Below the pieces are notes generated by a model. The model saw nothing but the letters and a program-made list of their open reading frames with translations, was not told where the DNA came from and did no database searches. The translations under genes and the position numbers were made by a program. Below are positions 8,785 to 18,514 of a stretch of 64,000 bases of DNA, one piece after another. The stretch spans positions 256,509-320,508 of the forward strand of contig JACPIQ010000008.1 of the NCBI GenBank assembly GCA_016188005.1, written 5' to 3'. Every line of letters begins with the position of its first letter. The first letter of the stretch is position 1. The stretch comes from Candidatus Rokuibacteriota bacterium. GTDB taxonomy: Bacteria; Methylomirabilota; Methylomirabilia; Rokubacteriales; CSP1-6.

Positions 8785-9373
8785 CGGGCTCGGCCTCGGG
8801 ACCCGCGCCGGCTGCGAGCAGCGGCTCGCCCGCGGGCTCCGTCCCCTCGGCTCCGGGCACGAGGAGCTCGCCCTCGACCTTCGGCAGGTCCGTCAGGTCG
8901 CGCAGCCCGAACGCCACGAGGAAGTCGCGGGTCGTCTCGTAGAGGAAAGGTCGGCCCGGCGAGTCCTTGCGGCCGCCGATGCGGATCATCCGCCGCTCGA
9001 GCAGGCTGTCGAGCACGCCCTCGGAGTTGACGCCGCGGATGGCGTCGACCTCGGGGCGGGACACGGGCTGGCGATAAGCGATGATGGCGAGCGTCTCGAG
9101 GGCTGGACGCGACAGCCGTGAGCGCGTCCGGCTCCGGGCCAGCTTCACCAGCCATGGCGCCATCTCCGGGCGGGTGACGAGCCTGAAGCCTCCCCCAGCC
9201 TCCATGACCTGCAGGGCCCGCCCCCGCCCTTCCAGACGCTGCCGCAACGCCTGCACGAGGTCCAGGGCCTCGGCTGGCCCTGGGAGGCCGAGCACCTCCT
9301 GGATCGTCGCGGCCTCCACCGGGATGTCGGAGGCGAAGAGGAGCGCCTCCAGGATGTCGAGGGGCTCACTCAT
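8639..9373 (-). CDS. scpB: segregation and condensation protein B
   Basis: MSEPLDILEALLFASDIPV...ScpB winged-helix tandem, plus a roughly 60-aa Gly/Pro/Ala/Glu low-complexity C-terminal tail. ATG start. Conserved scpA-scpB-rluB order. Confidence 0.85.
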   Translation of the reverse strand: MSEPLDILEALLFASDIPVEAATIQEVLGLPGPAEALDLVQALRQRLEGRGRALQVMEAGGGFRLVTRPEMAPWLVKLARSRTRSRLSRPALETLAIIAYRQPVSRPEVDAIRGVNSEGVLDSLLERRMIRIGGRKDSPGRPFLYETTRDFLVAFGLRDLTDLPKVEGELLVPGAEGTEPAGEPLLAAGAGPEAEPGAVPGGSGEGSAAPAVAGREGQRGEPAAGADPPQQDPGAVGADVAPRG

Positions 9374-10172
9374 TCTCTCGGTCTCCCTCGCGCCGGGGGT
9401 CCGCGGCGCCAGCGGCCGCAGCGGCCTCGGGGAGGCGCCGCTCGATCACGATGTCGCCGAAGAGATCGCCCTGGCGCGCGCGGGCCTGGCCCAGGCGGAC
9501 CAGTTCCAGCAGGGCCAGGAGGGTGACGATCCACTCCGCGCGGACGCGCTCGGCCCCGGCCACCGACGAGAAGAGCAGCGACCAGGTGTGGTGCAGCAGG
9601 GACACGATCTCCGCCATCCGCTCGAGGATGGACAGCGGGCTCGCCTCGACCTCGCGGGGCGTCTGACGCTTCTGCTCCTGGATGAGCCGCGTCATGGCGC
9701 GCTGCAGGAGGTGGACGGACAGATCCTCGAGTGGGACCGCCTCCGGCGGCGGCAGCTCGCCCACGGTGCGGCCGAAGAGCAGCGCTTGCTCCGCCTCGCG
9801 CTGCCCGAGCCAGGCGCCCAGCACCTTGACGCGCGCGTACTCCTGCAGCCGCAGGGCCAGCTCGCGCCGCAGGAGCTCACCCTCCTCGTCCAGCGCACCC
9901 TCCTCTGCTCCCCCGGCGTCGGGCACCAGGAGCTTGGACTTGAGGTAGATCAGCGTGGCGGCCATGACCATGAAGGAGCCCGCCACCTCCAGCTCCTGGA
10001 AGCGCACCGACTCCAGGTGGTCCAGGTACTGGTCCGTGATGGTCCGGATTGGCAGCCGCGCCAGGTCTACCTCCTGCGTCCTGCAGAGGTGCAGGAGCAG
10101 GTCCAGTGGTCCCTCGAAGGACTCCACCCGGACCGTGAGGCCGGTGCCGGCCTCGGCGGGCGAACCGGTCAC
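9366..10172 (-). CDS. scpA: segregation and condensation protein A
   Basis: ...FEGPLDLLLHLCRTQEVDLARLPIRTITDQYL...ScpA homology. Trimmed to the GTG at 10172, which overlaps the trpS TGA (GTGA). The upstream 159 codons are a read-through of trpS in another frame. Confidence 0.85.
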   Translation of the reverse strand: MTGSPAEAGTGLTVRVESFEGPLDLLLHLCRTQEVDLARLPIRTITDQYLDHLESVRFQELEVAGSFMVMAATLIYLKSKLLVPDAGGAEEGALDEEGELLRRELALRLQEYARVKVLGAWLGQREAEQALLFGRTVGELPPPEAVPLEDLSVHLLQRAMTRLIQEQKRQTPREVEASPLSILERMAEIVSLLHHTWSLLFSSVAGAERVRAEWIVTLLALLELVRLGQARARQGDLFGDIVIERRLPEAAAAAGAADPRREGDRENE

Positions 10173-11161
10173 GGCTCGAGCCCCACGACACCCCTCACCT
10201 CCTCCATGGTTTGCCGGGCCACGGCGCGGGCGCGGCGCGAGCCCTCGTGCAGCACCTCGAGCACCTCCCCCGGATGCTCGGCGAAGCTCCGCCGCCGCTC
10301 GCGGATCTCGCCGAGCGGGGGCAGCATGTGCTTGAGGAGCACGCCCTTGCAGTCGAGGCAGCCGATGCCTGCCGTGCGACAGCCGACGGCGCAGGCCTCG
10401 CGGTCCGCCTCCGGCGTGAAGATGCGGTGCAGGTCGAAGACCGGGCAGAGATCGGGCGTGCCGGGGTCGGTGCGCCGCCGGCGCGCCGGATCCGTGATCA
10501 TCGGGCGAACCTTGGCGGTGATCTCCTCGGGCGAGTCGGAGAGGTAGATGGCGTTGTCGTAGGACTTCGACATCTTCCGGCCGTCGGTGCCCGGCACCTT
10601 GGGGATCTGCGTCAGCTTTGCCGAAGGCTCCGGGAACACCGGCCCCCACGTGCTGTTGAAGCGCCGGGCGACCTCACGGGTCAGCTCCACGTGCGGCACC
10701 TGATCGATCCCCACCGGGACCCACTGCGGCTTGTACATGAGGATGTCGGCCGCCTGCAGCAGCGGGTAGCCCAGCAGCCCGTAGGAGGGCGACTCGAGCC
10801 CCAGCTGCTCCACCATCTCCTTGTACGTCGGCACGCGCTCGAGCCAGCCCACCGGCGTCACCATGGAGAAGAGCAGGTGCAGCTCCGCGTGCTCGGGGAC
10901 CAGCGACTGGATGAACAGCGTGGAGCGTCCGGGGTCGAGCCCAGCGCCGAGCCAGTCCGCTCCCATCTCGAGCGTGCTCGCCGGCGCCTCGACGCTGTTG
11001 GCCGCGTCCGTCGTGAGCGCGTGCCAGTTGGCGACGAAGAAGAAACAGTCGTGGTCCTCCTGCAGGCGCACCCAGTTGGCCAGGGCGCCCAGGTAATTCC
11101 CCAGGTGAACCTTGCCGGTGGGACGCATGCCCGACAGTACCCGCGGCCTCGATGACGGCAT
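10169..11161 (-). CDS. trpS: tryptophanyl-tRNA synthetase
   Basis: MPSSRPRVLSGMRPTGKVHLGNYLGAL...KMSKS class I motifs. ATG at 11161 aligns with the E. coli TrpS N-terminus. Confidence 0.9.
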   Translation of the reverse strand: MPSSRPRVLSGMRPTGKVHLGNYLGALANWVRLQEDHDCFFFVANWHALTTDAANSVEAPASTLEMGADWLGAGLDPGRSTLFIQSLVPEHAELHLLFSMVTPVGWLERVPTYKEMVEQLGLESPSYGLLGYPLLQAADILMYKPQWVPVGIDQVPHVELTREVARRFNSTWGPVFPEPSAKLTQIPKVPGTDGRKMSKSYDNAIYLSDSPEEITAKVRPMITDPARRRRTDPGTPDLCPVFDLHRIFTPEADREACAVGCRTAGIGCLDCKGVLLKHMLPPLGEIRERRRSFAEHPGEVLEVLHEGSRRARAVARQTMEEVRGVVGLEP

Positions 11162-11171
11162 TGAACGGCCC

Positions 11172-11939
11172 TCAGTCCGTGTCGCTCCGGGAGAGGCGGG
11201 CTTCCCAGGCCTTCGCCATCCTCAGAAAGACGTAGTCGGCGTACAGGACGGCGAGCACGAAGCCCCGCCAGCCGTCCAGGAACCCCAGGCGCATAATGTA
11301 CATCGAGAGGAAGCGCCAGAGGGGGCGGAAGATGAGGTCGAGCGGCCCCGTGGGCCGGCCCCGCGCGAGCCAGTCCCGGGCCGCCAGCGTGGAGTAGCGG
11401 TCCGAGCGCTGGACGAAGTCGTGCAGGGTCCGGTAGGAGTGGTGGAGCAGCGGCTCTCCGAGCCGCTCCACTGGCCCGCTCACCCGCACCGACTCGTGCA
11501 CAGCGTCCTCGACGAACCGTCCGGCCCCCCGGCGGAAGAGGCGCAGCTGGTAGTCGGGGTAGAGTCCCCCGTGGCGCACCCACACCCCCCAGAAGATGTT
11601 CTGCCGCGGGATGCGGTAGCCTGCGGCCACCCCTCCCTCGGCGAGCAGCCGGCGGATCCGCTCCCGCAGCGCCGGCGTCACGCGCTCATCGGCGTCCAGC
11701 GAGAGGACCCAGTCGCCCCCGGCCTGATCCAGGGCGAAGTTCTTCTGCGCCGCGAAGCCGGGCCACGGTCGTACCCAGATGCGGTCGGTGAACTCGCGGG
11801 CAAGGAAGACCGTCTTGTCGGTGGACTCGGCGTCCACGACCAGGATCTCGTCGGCCCAGGCGACGCTCTCCAGACAGGCCCGCAACCGCTCCTCCTCGTT
11901 CCAGGCGATGACCGCCACGGACAGCCGCGCGCGGCTCAC
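11172..11939 (-). CDS. family 2 glycosyltransferase (WaaE/KdtX-like LPS core glycosyltransferase)
   Basis: LSVAVIAWNEEERLRACLESV...LVVDAESTDKT...SLDADE is a GT-A fold with a DxD motif. Trimmed to the GTG at 11939 (GTGA overlap with the GT9 stop). The first 304 codons of the 559-aa track ORF are an out-of-frame overlap with the GT9 gene. Confidence 0.75.
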   Translation of the reverse strand: MSRARLSVAVIAWNEEERLRACLESVAWADEILVVDAESTDKTVFLAREFTDRIWVRPWPGFAAQKNFALDQAGGDWVLSLDADERVTPALRERIRRLLAEGGVAAGYRIPRQNIFWGVWVRHGGLYPDYQLRLFRRGAGRFVEDAVHESVRVSGPVERLGEPLLHHSYRTLHDFVQRSDRYSTLAARDWLARGRPTGPLDLIFRPLWRFLSMYIMRLGFLDGWRGFVLAVLYADYVFLRMAKAWEARLSRSDTD

Positions 11940-12952
11940 GGATTGCCCGCGTCGAGAAGCGCCTGCGCGGCGGCCAGCGCCTCCGCGGGCGAGAGCCGCT
12001 CCATGGTCCCGTCGGGACTCTGCAGGCCGCGGCAGCGGGCCCCGTAGGGGCCGTTGCGCTCCGCGCGCGTCGGACCGAAGAGGCCCAGGCAGGGGGTGCC
12101 CACGGCGGCAGCCAGGTGAAGTGGTCCGGTGTCGCCCGCGATCATGAGCGAAGAGCGGCGCAGCAGCGCGCTGAGCTCGTCGAGGTCCGTGGGCGGCGCC
12201 AGCACGGCGCGGCTCGACAGCCCGGTGGCGATCTGCCGCGCCATGTGCACCTCGTCGGGCCCCCAGAGCAGCAGGACGCGGGCGCCGGCCTCGCCGCCGA
12301 GGCGCTCGGCCAGCGTCCGGAAATGGCTCACCGGCCAGCGCTTTTCCGGCCGGCCCGCCCCCGGGTTCAGGGCCACCAGGCGCTCCCGGGGCTTGAGCCC
12401 GTGCTCGGCGAGGAAGTCGTCCATGAGCTGTTCGGCGACCGGCCGCACGGGCAGGTGGAACTCCGGCACGATCCCGCGGATGCCCAGTGGCCCGAGCAGC
12501 GACAGGTATTGCTCCACCACGTGCACGGCCTCGGGCGGTGGCGTCACGCGGCGGTTCGTGAAGAGCGCGCTCAGCCCCTCCCGGCACCGGGAGGCGCTGA
12601 AGCCGATCCTGACCGGGGCGCCCGTGTAGGCCGTGAGGATCCCGCTCTTGAGCAGCCCCTGGAGATCCAGCGCGACGTCGAAGCGCGCGCCGCGCACGCG
12701 GCGCCTCAGGCGCCCGAGCTTCCCCCACACCTCGCGCGCGCCCCCGGGGCGCCAGACGAGCCGTCGCCAGAGCCTGGTGTTCACCGGGATCACGCGGTCC
12801 AGATCCGGGTGGTCGCGCAGGATGGCGTACTCCCGCGCCTCGACGATCCACGTCAGCTGCGCCCCGGGCCAGGCGCGACGGAGTGCCCGGGCCACGGGCA
12901 GCGTGTGGATGACATCCCCGAGGGCCGAGAGCTTGACGAGGGCGACCTTCAT
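11936..12952 (-). CDS. ADP-heptose:LPS heptosyltransferase (GT9, WaaC/WaaF family)
   Basis: MKVALVKLSALGDVIHTLPVARAL...GDTGPLHLAAAVGTPCLGLFGPT is the classic GT9 signature. ATG start. Confidence 0.8.
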   Translation of the reverse strand: MKVALVKLSALGDVIHTLPVARALRRAWPGAQLTWIVEAREYAILRDHPDLDRVIPVNTRLWRRLVWRPGGAREVWGKLGRLRRRVRGARFDVALDLQGLLKSGILTAYTGAPVRIGFSASRCREGLSALFTNRRVTPPPEAVHVVEQYLSLLGPLGIRGIVPEFHLPVRPVAEQLMDDFLAEHGLKPRERLVALNPGAGRPEKRWPVSHFRTLAERLGGEAGARVLLLWGPDEVHMARQIATGLSSRAVLAPPTDLDELSALLRRSSLMIAGDTGPLHLAAAVGTPCLGLFGPTRAERNGPYGARCRGLQSPDGTMERLSPAEALAAAQALLDAGNP

Positions 12953-13050
12953 GTTGTCACCACCCAGGGGCGGGCACCCGGGCTATCGCCACGCCCGCCT
13001 CCGCCGCGAGGGCCGTCTGCGGTTCGTCCCTCGCGCCATGTCCGTCGATG

Positions 13051-13530
13051 TCACCGCGCGAATCTCTGGAGGATGGCCGCGATGAGGTCGCGGCTCGAGT
13101 GCTCCTTAGGATCCCCTGCGATGGCCACGCGCCCCCCCGCCCCGAGGACGCTCTGACGCTCGGGCACCGAGTCCTCCGTATAGTCCGTTCCCTTGGCCTG
13201 CACGTCGGGGCGGAGACGGCTCACGAGGCTGTCGACCGTATCCTCGTCGAAGACAACCACGGCGTCCACCGGCCTGAGGGCGGCCACGATCTCGGCTCGC
13301 TCCCCTTCGGCGACCACCGGGCGGCCCTGTCCCTTGAGCCGGCGCACGGAGGCGTCCGAGTTGAGTGCCACCAGGAGCACATCCCCGAGCGCGCGGGCCG
13401 CCTGCAGATAGCGCACGTGCCCCACGTGCAAGAGATCGAAGCAGCCGTTGGCGAGCACGATGCGCTTGCCCTCGGCCCGCCAGGTCGCGGCCAGGCGGAG
13501 TGCCTCCTCGAGGCTACAGCGCGGTGCCAT
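13051..13530 (-). CDS. hldC: D-glycero-beta-D-manno-heptose 1-phosphate adenylyltransferase (RfaE domain II, stand-alone)
   Basis: [24 protein letters not shown] is a cytidylyltransferase (H/T)xGH motif. ATG start. Confidence 0.8.
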   Translation of the reverse strand: MAPRCSLEEALRLAATWRAEGKRIVLANGCFDLLHVGHVRYLQAARALGDVLLVALNSDASVRRLKGQGRPVVAEGERAEIVAALRPVDAVVVFDEDTVDSLVSRLRPDVQAKGTDYTEDSVPERQSVLGAGGRVAIAGDPKEHSSRDLIAAILQRFAR

Positions 13531-14524
13531 CGCCGCTCAGGGCCTGGACGAGCTCTCCCGGCGACACCGTGGCGGTGCCGCGCTTCATGACCACCACGCC
13601 CCCGGCGACGTTGGCCAGCCAGGCGGCCTCGCCGGCGCTGGCACCCGAGGCCAGCGCCACCGCGAACGTGCTGATCACGGTGTCGCCGGCTCCCGTCACG
13701 TCGGCGATCTGGTCGCTGCCGTGGATGGGCATGAAAGTCACCGGGCCCTCCCGCTCGAAGAGGGCCATCCCGCGGCTGCCCCGCGTCACGAGGAGCAGTG
13801 CCGCCTCGAGCCGATCGAGCACGGCGCGCCCTGCTTTCTCGATGGCGCGCTCGTCGCCGAGCTCGCCCCCCACCAGCGCCTCCACCTCGGGCTCGTTGGG
13901 GGTCGCCGCGGTCATGCCCTTGAAGCGCAGCAGATCGTAGCGGCTGTCGACGGCGACGACGGCGTTGCGGGGGCGCGCCAGCTCGAGCACGGCCTCGAAG
14001 ACCCCGGGCGACAGTGCCCCGTACCCGTAGTCGGAGACCACGAAGGCATCCGCCGTGGAGCCGATCTCGCGTAGACGCGAGACGAGAGCCTCCTCCACGT
14101 GTGGCGCGAGCCCCCCAGCGGGCTCGCGATCGAGCCGCACCACCTGCTGGCGCGTCGACTCGTAGCCGCCCGCCATGACCCGCGTCTTCACCGGAGTGAG
14201 TCGCCCTTCCACGCGCAGGATGCCGGCCGTCGAGATGCCCGCCCCGCGGAAGAGTCCTGCCACCTCGTCCCCCGCTCCATCGTCACCGAGCACCCCCACC
14301 GGCCAGGCGCTGGCTCCGAGGACGTGGACGTTGTGGGTGGCATTGGCCGCTCCGCCCAGCCGCACCTCCCTCGCGCTGAACTTCAGGATGAGGACCGGCG
14401 CCTCGCGGGAGATGCGCGCGGGCTTCCCGTACAGGTACTCGTCGGCGATGAGGTCGCCCACGATCACGACCCGCCGGCCCGCGAACGCGGCGATGACCGC
14501 CTCGAGCTGCCTGACGGGGTACAT
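13514..14524 (-). CDS. hldA: D-glycero-beta-D-manno-heptose-7-phosphate kinase (RfaE domain I, PfkB family, stand-alone)
   Basis: PfkB ribokinase-like fold ending ...[17 protein letters not shown]. Trimmed to the ATG at 14524, directly abutting the gmhB TGA. The upstream 33 codons overlap gmhB. Confidence 0.8.
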   Translation of the reverse strand: MYPVRQLEAVIAAFAGRRVVIVGDLIADEYLYGKPARISREAPVLILKFSAREVRLGGAANATHNVHVLGASAWPVGVLGDDGAGDEVAGLFRGAGISTAGILRVEGRLTPVKTRVMAGGYESTRQQVVRLDREPAGGLAPHVEEALVSRLREIGSTADAFVVSDYGYGALSPGVFEAVLELARPRNAVVAVDSRYDLLRFKGMTAATPNEPEVEALVGGELGDERAIEKAGRAVLDRLEAALLLVTRGSRGMALFEREGPVTFMPIHGSDQIADVTGAGDTVISTFAVALASGASAGEAAWLANVAGGVVVMKRGTATVSPGELVQALSGDGTAL

Positions 14525-15105
14525 CAGCGGCCTCGCCGGGCCAAGGCCCACTCCACGGCGTCGAACAAGTCCTCGGCAATGTGGTCGGGCTTGAGCCGCC
14601 AGTGCTGGCGCCGGTGCTCCCACTCGCCGCGCCCGTAGCCGGTCAGCACCAGCACTCCGGCCGCACCCACCGCGTGCGCCACTCCAACATCCGAGATCTT
14701 GTCGCCGATGACGACCGAGGCTGCCAGATCGAGGTCAAGGTCGGAGGCCGCCCTCAGCAAGAGTCCCGGGCGGGGCTTCCGGCAGTCGCAGTCGGCACGG
14801 TAGGGGGGCTCTCCCTCCTCGGGGTGGTGGGTACAGATGTAGAGCCCATCCAGATGGCCGCCGAGCGCCGCCAGCTGGCTGAGCATCTCGGCGTTCGCGG
14901 CGTGGAGAATCTCCTCGGAGAAGTACCCCCTGGCGATGCCCGACTGGTTGGTGACCATCACGGCCGGCACCCCGGCGTGGTTGAGGCGCCTGACGGCCTG
15001 GGCGGTCCGGGGGAGGAGCCGGATGCGGCTCACGTGGTTGACGTACCCCATCTCCTCGGTGAGGCATCCATCACGGTCCATGAAGACAGCGGAGCGTCGC
15101 GGCAT
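14524..15105 (-). CDS. gmhB: D,D-heptose 1,7-bisphosphate phosphatase
   Basis: AVFMDRDGCLTEE HAD motif I, histidinol-phosphatase-like subfamily, with the CDCRKPRPG zinc motif. Confidence 0.8.
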   Translation of the reverse strand: MPRRSAVFMDRDGCLTEEMGYVNHVSRIRLLPRTAQAVRRLNHAGVPAVMVTNQSGIARGYFSEEILHAANAEMLSQLAALGGHLDGLYICTHHPEEGEPPYRADCDCRKPRPGLLLRAASDLDLDLAASVVIGDKISDVGVAHAVGAAGVLVLTGYGRGEWEHRRQHWRLKPDHIAEDLFDAVEWALARRGR

Positions 15106-15138
15106 TGACAGGCAGTGTAAAGCCCGCCGGGCAAATCA

Positions 15139-16254
15139 TCAATGAAAAGCCATGTTTCTGGACAGGCGACGATAAAGCCGCGTGAACGCCTCGACCTGCG
15201 CGGCATGGGTGAAACCACATGCCGTCGCCCTTGCCCGCTCGCGCAGTCTCTCGGGATTCGACTCGCGGAGCCGGTCGAGCAGCCTCCCGATGACGCGCCC
15301 GGTGACTTCGGCCGCCACCACACCGTTGTCGCCGTCACGGATCAGCTCGGCCCCCCCCGCAGCGGCGCTGGAGAGCACGGGCACTCCGGAAGCAAGGGCC
15401 TCCAGGTGGACATTGCCAAAAGGCTCATAGCGCGCCGGCAGCGCCACCACATCGGCCAGCGCGTACAGCCGCTCCACGTCGGCCCGCGGCCCGACCCAGA
15501 CGACCCGGTCCAAGATCCCCAGCCGGGCAGAGAGGCTCCTGTATCGCTCGGTGGACCCTTTGCCCGCCACCACGAGCCGGGCTTTCGTGTCCTCCATCAG
15601 GCCCAGTCCTTCGAGGAGCGGCCCGAGGCCTTTCCGCTCGAACCCCGAGCCGACGAAGAGGACGGTCCACGCCCCGGAACTGAGGGCCAGCTCAGCGCGA
15701 GTCGGAGGCCCCAGCCGCTCCCGGTTCCCGGGGTGGAAGCGGTCGAGGTCCACGCCGTTGTAGACCACGGTCACTTTCGCGGGGGGTGTGGCGTAGAGCC
15801 GCTCGATCTCCGACTTGCCCGCATGAGAGATGGCCACGATCTCCCGGGCCCAGCGGAGGGAAAAGATCTGTTTTTCCATTAGCATGACCGTCCTATGATA
15901 CGGATTCACCTTGGCCCGGCGCCGGCCCATGGCCGCCAGGTAGCCCTGGTGCGTCCCCTCTCCGGCGCGGTAGATGTCCTGACCCGGACAGCGCTCGTGA
16001 CCCTGGACGACATCGTAGCGGCCGCCCCGCGCCGCCCAGCGAGCGGCGATGCCGAAGACCAGGAGCCTGGCGAGAGAGGGTTGCGACGGCACGGCGAGCT
16101 CCCGTACGGTGACGCCTGGCACAGGGGGCTGCCCCCGGGTCGTGATGAGGTCCACCTGATGCCCCTGGCGGACGAGCTCGCCCAGGAGGCCCGCGGTTGC
16201 CGTCTCCACCCCGCCGTAAAAGACGAAGGGGCGGCAGATGAGGGCCAGTCTCAT
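15139..16254 (-). CDS. GT4 glycosyltransferase (array member 1, downstream-most)
   Basis: MRLALICRPFVFYGGVE...ALPARYEPFGNVHLEALASGVPVL is the GT4 E-x7-E region. Trimmed to the ATG at 16254 (ATGA overlap). The 918-aa track ORF is a read-through across the array. Confidence 0.8.
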   Translation of the reverse strand: MRLALICRPFVFYGGVETATAGLLGELVRQGHQVDLITTRGQPPVPGVTVRELAVPSQPSLARLLVFGIAARWAARGGRYDVVQGHERCPGQDIYRAGEGTHQGYLAAMGRRRAKVNPYHRTVMLMEKQIFSLRWAREIVAISHAGKSEIERLYATPPAKVTVVYNGVDLDRFHPGNRERLGPPTRAELALSSGAWTVLFVGSGFERKGLGPLLEGLGLMEDTKARLVVAGKGSTERYRSLSARLGILDRVVWVGPRADVERLYALADVVALPARYEPFGNVHLEALASGVPVLSSAAAGGAELIRDGDNGVVAAEVTGRVIGRLLDRLRESNPERLRERARATACGFTHAAQVEAFTRLYRRLSRNMAFH

Positions 16255-17381
16255 CGGGAGCCGGCCACCCGCTCCACCAGAGGAAACAGCAGGCGGCGCG
16301 CCGCCTCGAAGCTGTAGCGCTCGACGCAGCGAGCACGGGCCCGGGCGCCGAGGGCCCCCGCTTCGTCCGGGTGGTCCGCGAGATAGGCGATGGCCGCCCC
16401 GAGCCCGTCCACGTCTCCCGGGGCGACGAGGAGGCCGCAGCCCTCGAGGATCTCCGGGATCATCGAGACGCGCGTGGAGACCACGGCACGCCCGAGTGCC
16501 ATGGCGTCGAAGATCTTGGCCGGCACCTGCCCGCGGGTGTCGCTGCTCTCGCGCTGGGGTACAGCCACGACGTCGGCGGCAGCCAGGTAGGCGGGCACTT
16601 CCCGGAACGGGACGAGGCCGGCGAGCCGCACCTCCGGGTATCTCGCACGCAGCCGCTGGCCCATATCGCTGGACGGCTCCGTGCCGACCAGCGCCAGCAC
16701 GATGTCCTTCCGCCCGAGCCGGGCCCCGGCCTCGCAGAGATCCTCGACGCCCTTGTACTCCCGCGGCGTGCCGAGGAACATCACCAGCCGCTGGTCTCCC
16801 ACTCCCAGTCGCTCGCGCGCCGGACCAGGGTCCGCGCCGCCAGGCCGCCAGGCCTCCGTGTCCCTCACGTGTGGGAGCAGGAGGCCCCCGAAGCGCTCCT
16901 GGAGGAAGCGGGAGGCAACCGTGATCCCGTCGGCCACGGAATGCAGGCGCTCCATGAACCAGGTCCACCCGAGTCCCGTGGGGTTGGCAAGATTGAAGGC
17001 GCGCCCGACGGTTCCCCAGGCGCCACCGCGGAGGAAGAAGCCCAGCTCCCAGTCGTCGATGTCCAGGAGCAGCGGCCTGCGCGTCGTCAGGCGCTTGAGA
17101 TAGCCGATCCCCGCGCTGGGGAGCCGGGGCTTCGAGGCGTACAGGACATCGCCGTCGGCCAGCCGCAGCAGCGCGGGGATGGAGCCGGCGAACCGTGGGA
17201 GCCGGCTCGCCGGCAGGGTCGCGTACCGGATGCCGTCGTCGGCGATCGGCGGCCAGATCCCCGAGTGGCCACGAAGGCCCACCACGTGGACGTCGTGGCG
17301 CGGGGAGAGGAGGCGAGCGAGCAGGTGAGCGCGGCCGGCCGCATTGCTCGACACGTCGAAGCAGAGAACGGAGAGCTTCAC
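16251..17381 (-). CDS. GT4 glycosyltransferase (array member 2)
   Basis: MKLSVLCFDVSSNAAGRAH...GT-B fold. ATGA overlaps at both ends. Confidence 0.8.
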   Translation of the reverse strand: MKLSVLCFDVSSNAAGRAHLLARLLSPRHDVHVVGLRGHSGIWPPIADDGIRYATLPASRLPRFAGSIPALLRLADGDVLYASKPRLPSAGIGYLKRLTTRRPLLLDIDDWELGFFLRGGAWGTVGRAFNLANPTGLGWTWFMERLHSVADGITVASRFLQERFGGLLLPHVRDTEAWRPGGADPGPARERLGVGDQRLVMFLGTPREYKGVEDLCEAGARLGRKDIVLALVGTEPSSDMGQRLRARYPEVRLAGLVPFREVPAYLAAADVVAVPQRESSDTRGQVPAKIFDAMALGRAVVSTRVSMIPEILEGCGLLVAPGDVDGLGAAIAYLADHPDEAGALGARARARCVERYSFEAARRLLFPLVERVAGSR

Positions 17382-18514
17382 CGCGGGGTCCCATCCCTCC
17401 CGCGCCCGCAGAGCCCGGCATACAGGGCCGACAGCTCACGCGCGATGCCGGCGCCTGAGAAGCGCGACTGGCACAGGGCCCGGCCGGCCCCGCCGAGCCT
17501 GGCCCGGAGCCGGGCGTCGTCGACGAGCCGCCCGACGGCACACGCCAGGGGCAGGGGCTCCCCCGCTGGCACCAGCAGCCCCGTGGTCCCGTCCGAGAGG
17601 ACCTCGGGGACGACGCCGACGCGGGTGGCGACGACGGGCCTGCCCGCGGCCAGGTACTCGAAGAGGACGCGGGACATGCCGTCCGACTCGAGCGGTACGT
17701 AGAGCGCCACGTCGAAGGCCGCCATGGCGGTCTCGGGGCTCGGCTCGTCGCCGCGGAAGGACACGCGGTCGCCGAGCCCCGCCCGCTCCACCGCCGCGCG
17801 GACCGCGGGCTCCATCGCCCCTTGACCCACGAAGGCCAGCTGGAACCCTCGCCCCTCGGCAGCGAGCCGCGCCGCCGCGGCCACCGCCACCTCATGCCCC
17901 TTCATGACGCGAAAGCCACCCAGGAGCCCGATCAGCGGCCTGTCCTCCGCCAGTCCCAGCGAGCGACGCCACGGGCGCCCGTCCACGTCGGGGCGGAAGC
18001 GCTCGTGGTCCACCCCGCCCGGCAGCGCCACCACGCGCTCCGGGGCCGCCAGCCCCGCGGCAAGGTACTGGCTGCGGATGGCGCCGGTCACCGTCACGAC
18101 GAGGTCGGTGGCCTCCCGGTAGAGCCAGCGGTTGAGGGCATGCGGGCGGATCGGTTGGACGATGTGCCGGGTCCTGACCAGGGGGCGAGGAGTGGGCGAG
18201 ATGCGGTTCGCGAGGGCCGCCACCCAGTGCTCCTTGCCGCGATGAACGTGGACGACATCGGCGCGGCGCAACCCGTCCAGCACGCCCCGCAGGTCCCTCA
18301 GATCGTCGACCGGGCTCACGCCTCCGGCGAAGGGCAGCGTCTCGATGCGGCTCGCCCCGAGCCGGCGCGCGCGCTCGATGACCCGGGCCTCCGTGCCGCG
18401 ACGGCAGACTAGTGTCACCTCATGCCCCGCCCGCAGGAGCTCGGCGGTGATGCGCGCGGCCCAGTAGGCGTCCGAGGACCAGCCCCGACAGGACAGGAGC
18501 TGCAGCACTCTCAC
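17378..18514 (-). CDS. GT4 glycosyltransferase (array member 3)
   Basis: MRVLQLLSCRGWSSD...VPLESDGMSRVLFEYLAAGRPVV GT4 motifs. ATGA overlaps. Confidence 0.8.
   Translation of the reverse strand: MRVLQLLSCRGWSSDAYWAARITAELLRAGHEVTLVCRRGTEARVIERARRLGASRIETLPFAGGVSPVDDLRDLRGVLDGLRRADVVHVHRGKEHWVAALANRISPTPRPLVRTRHIVQPIRPHALNRWLYREATDLVVTVTGAIRSQYLAAGLAAPERVVALPGGVDHERFRPDVDGRPWRRSLGLAEDRPLIGLLGGFRVMKGHEVAVAAAARLAAEGRGFQLAFVGQGAMEPAVRAAVERAGLGDRVSFRGDEPSPETAMAAFDVALYVPLESDGMSRVLFEYLAAGRPVVATRVGVVPEVLSDGTTGLLVPAGEPLPLACAVGRLVDDARLRARLGGAGRALCQSRFSGAGIARELSALYAGLCGRGRDGTPR

Noticed and set aside
8658-9155. Alternative-frame minus-strand ORFs inside scpB/scpA, with similar cases at 24431..24985, 25031..25477, 26232..26654, 27067..28068, 40383..41165, 43986..44300 and 44565..45245
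   Set aside because: They are nested in a different frame within strongly supported genes and have garbage-like RPAG-rich translations.
12953-13050. Intrinsic terminator between hldC and the GT9 gene (inverted repeat GCGAGGG...CCCTCGC)
   Set aside because: The loop is 16 nt and there is no U-tract on the coding strand. It is probably just GC-rich intergenic sequence.
15139-17895. 918-aa minus-strand ORF, with similar over-long minus ORFs at 61020..63983 (987 aa), 22838..24328, 20714..22285, 11172..12851, 9366..10649, 6866..8251 and 44762..46363
   Set aside because: Only the C-terminal portion matches a protein family. The N-terminal portions are out-of-frame read-throughs of the upstream gene. 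The true starts coincide with ATG/GTG codons overlapping the upstream stop.
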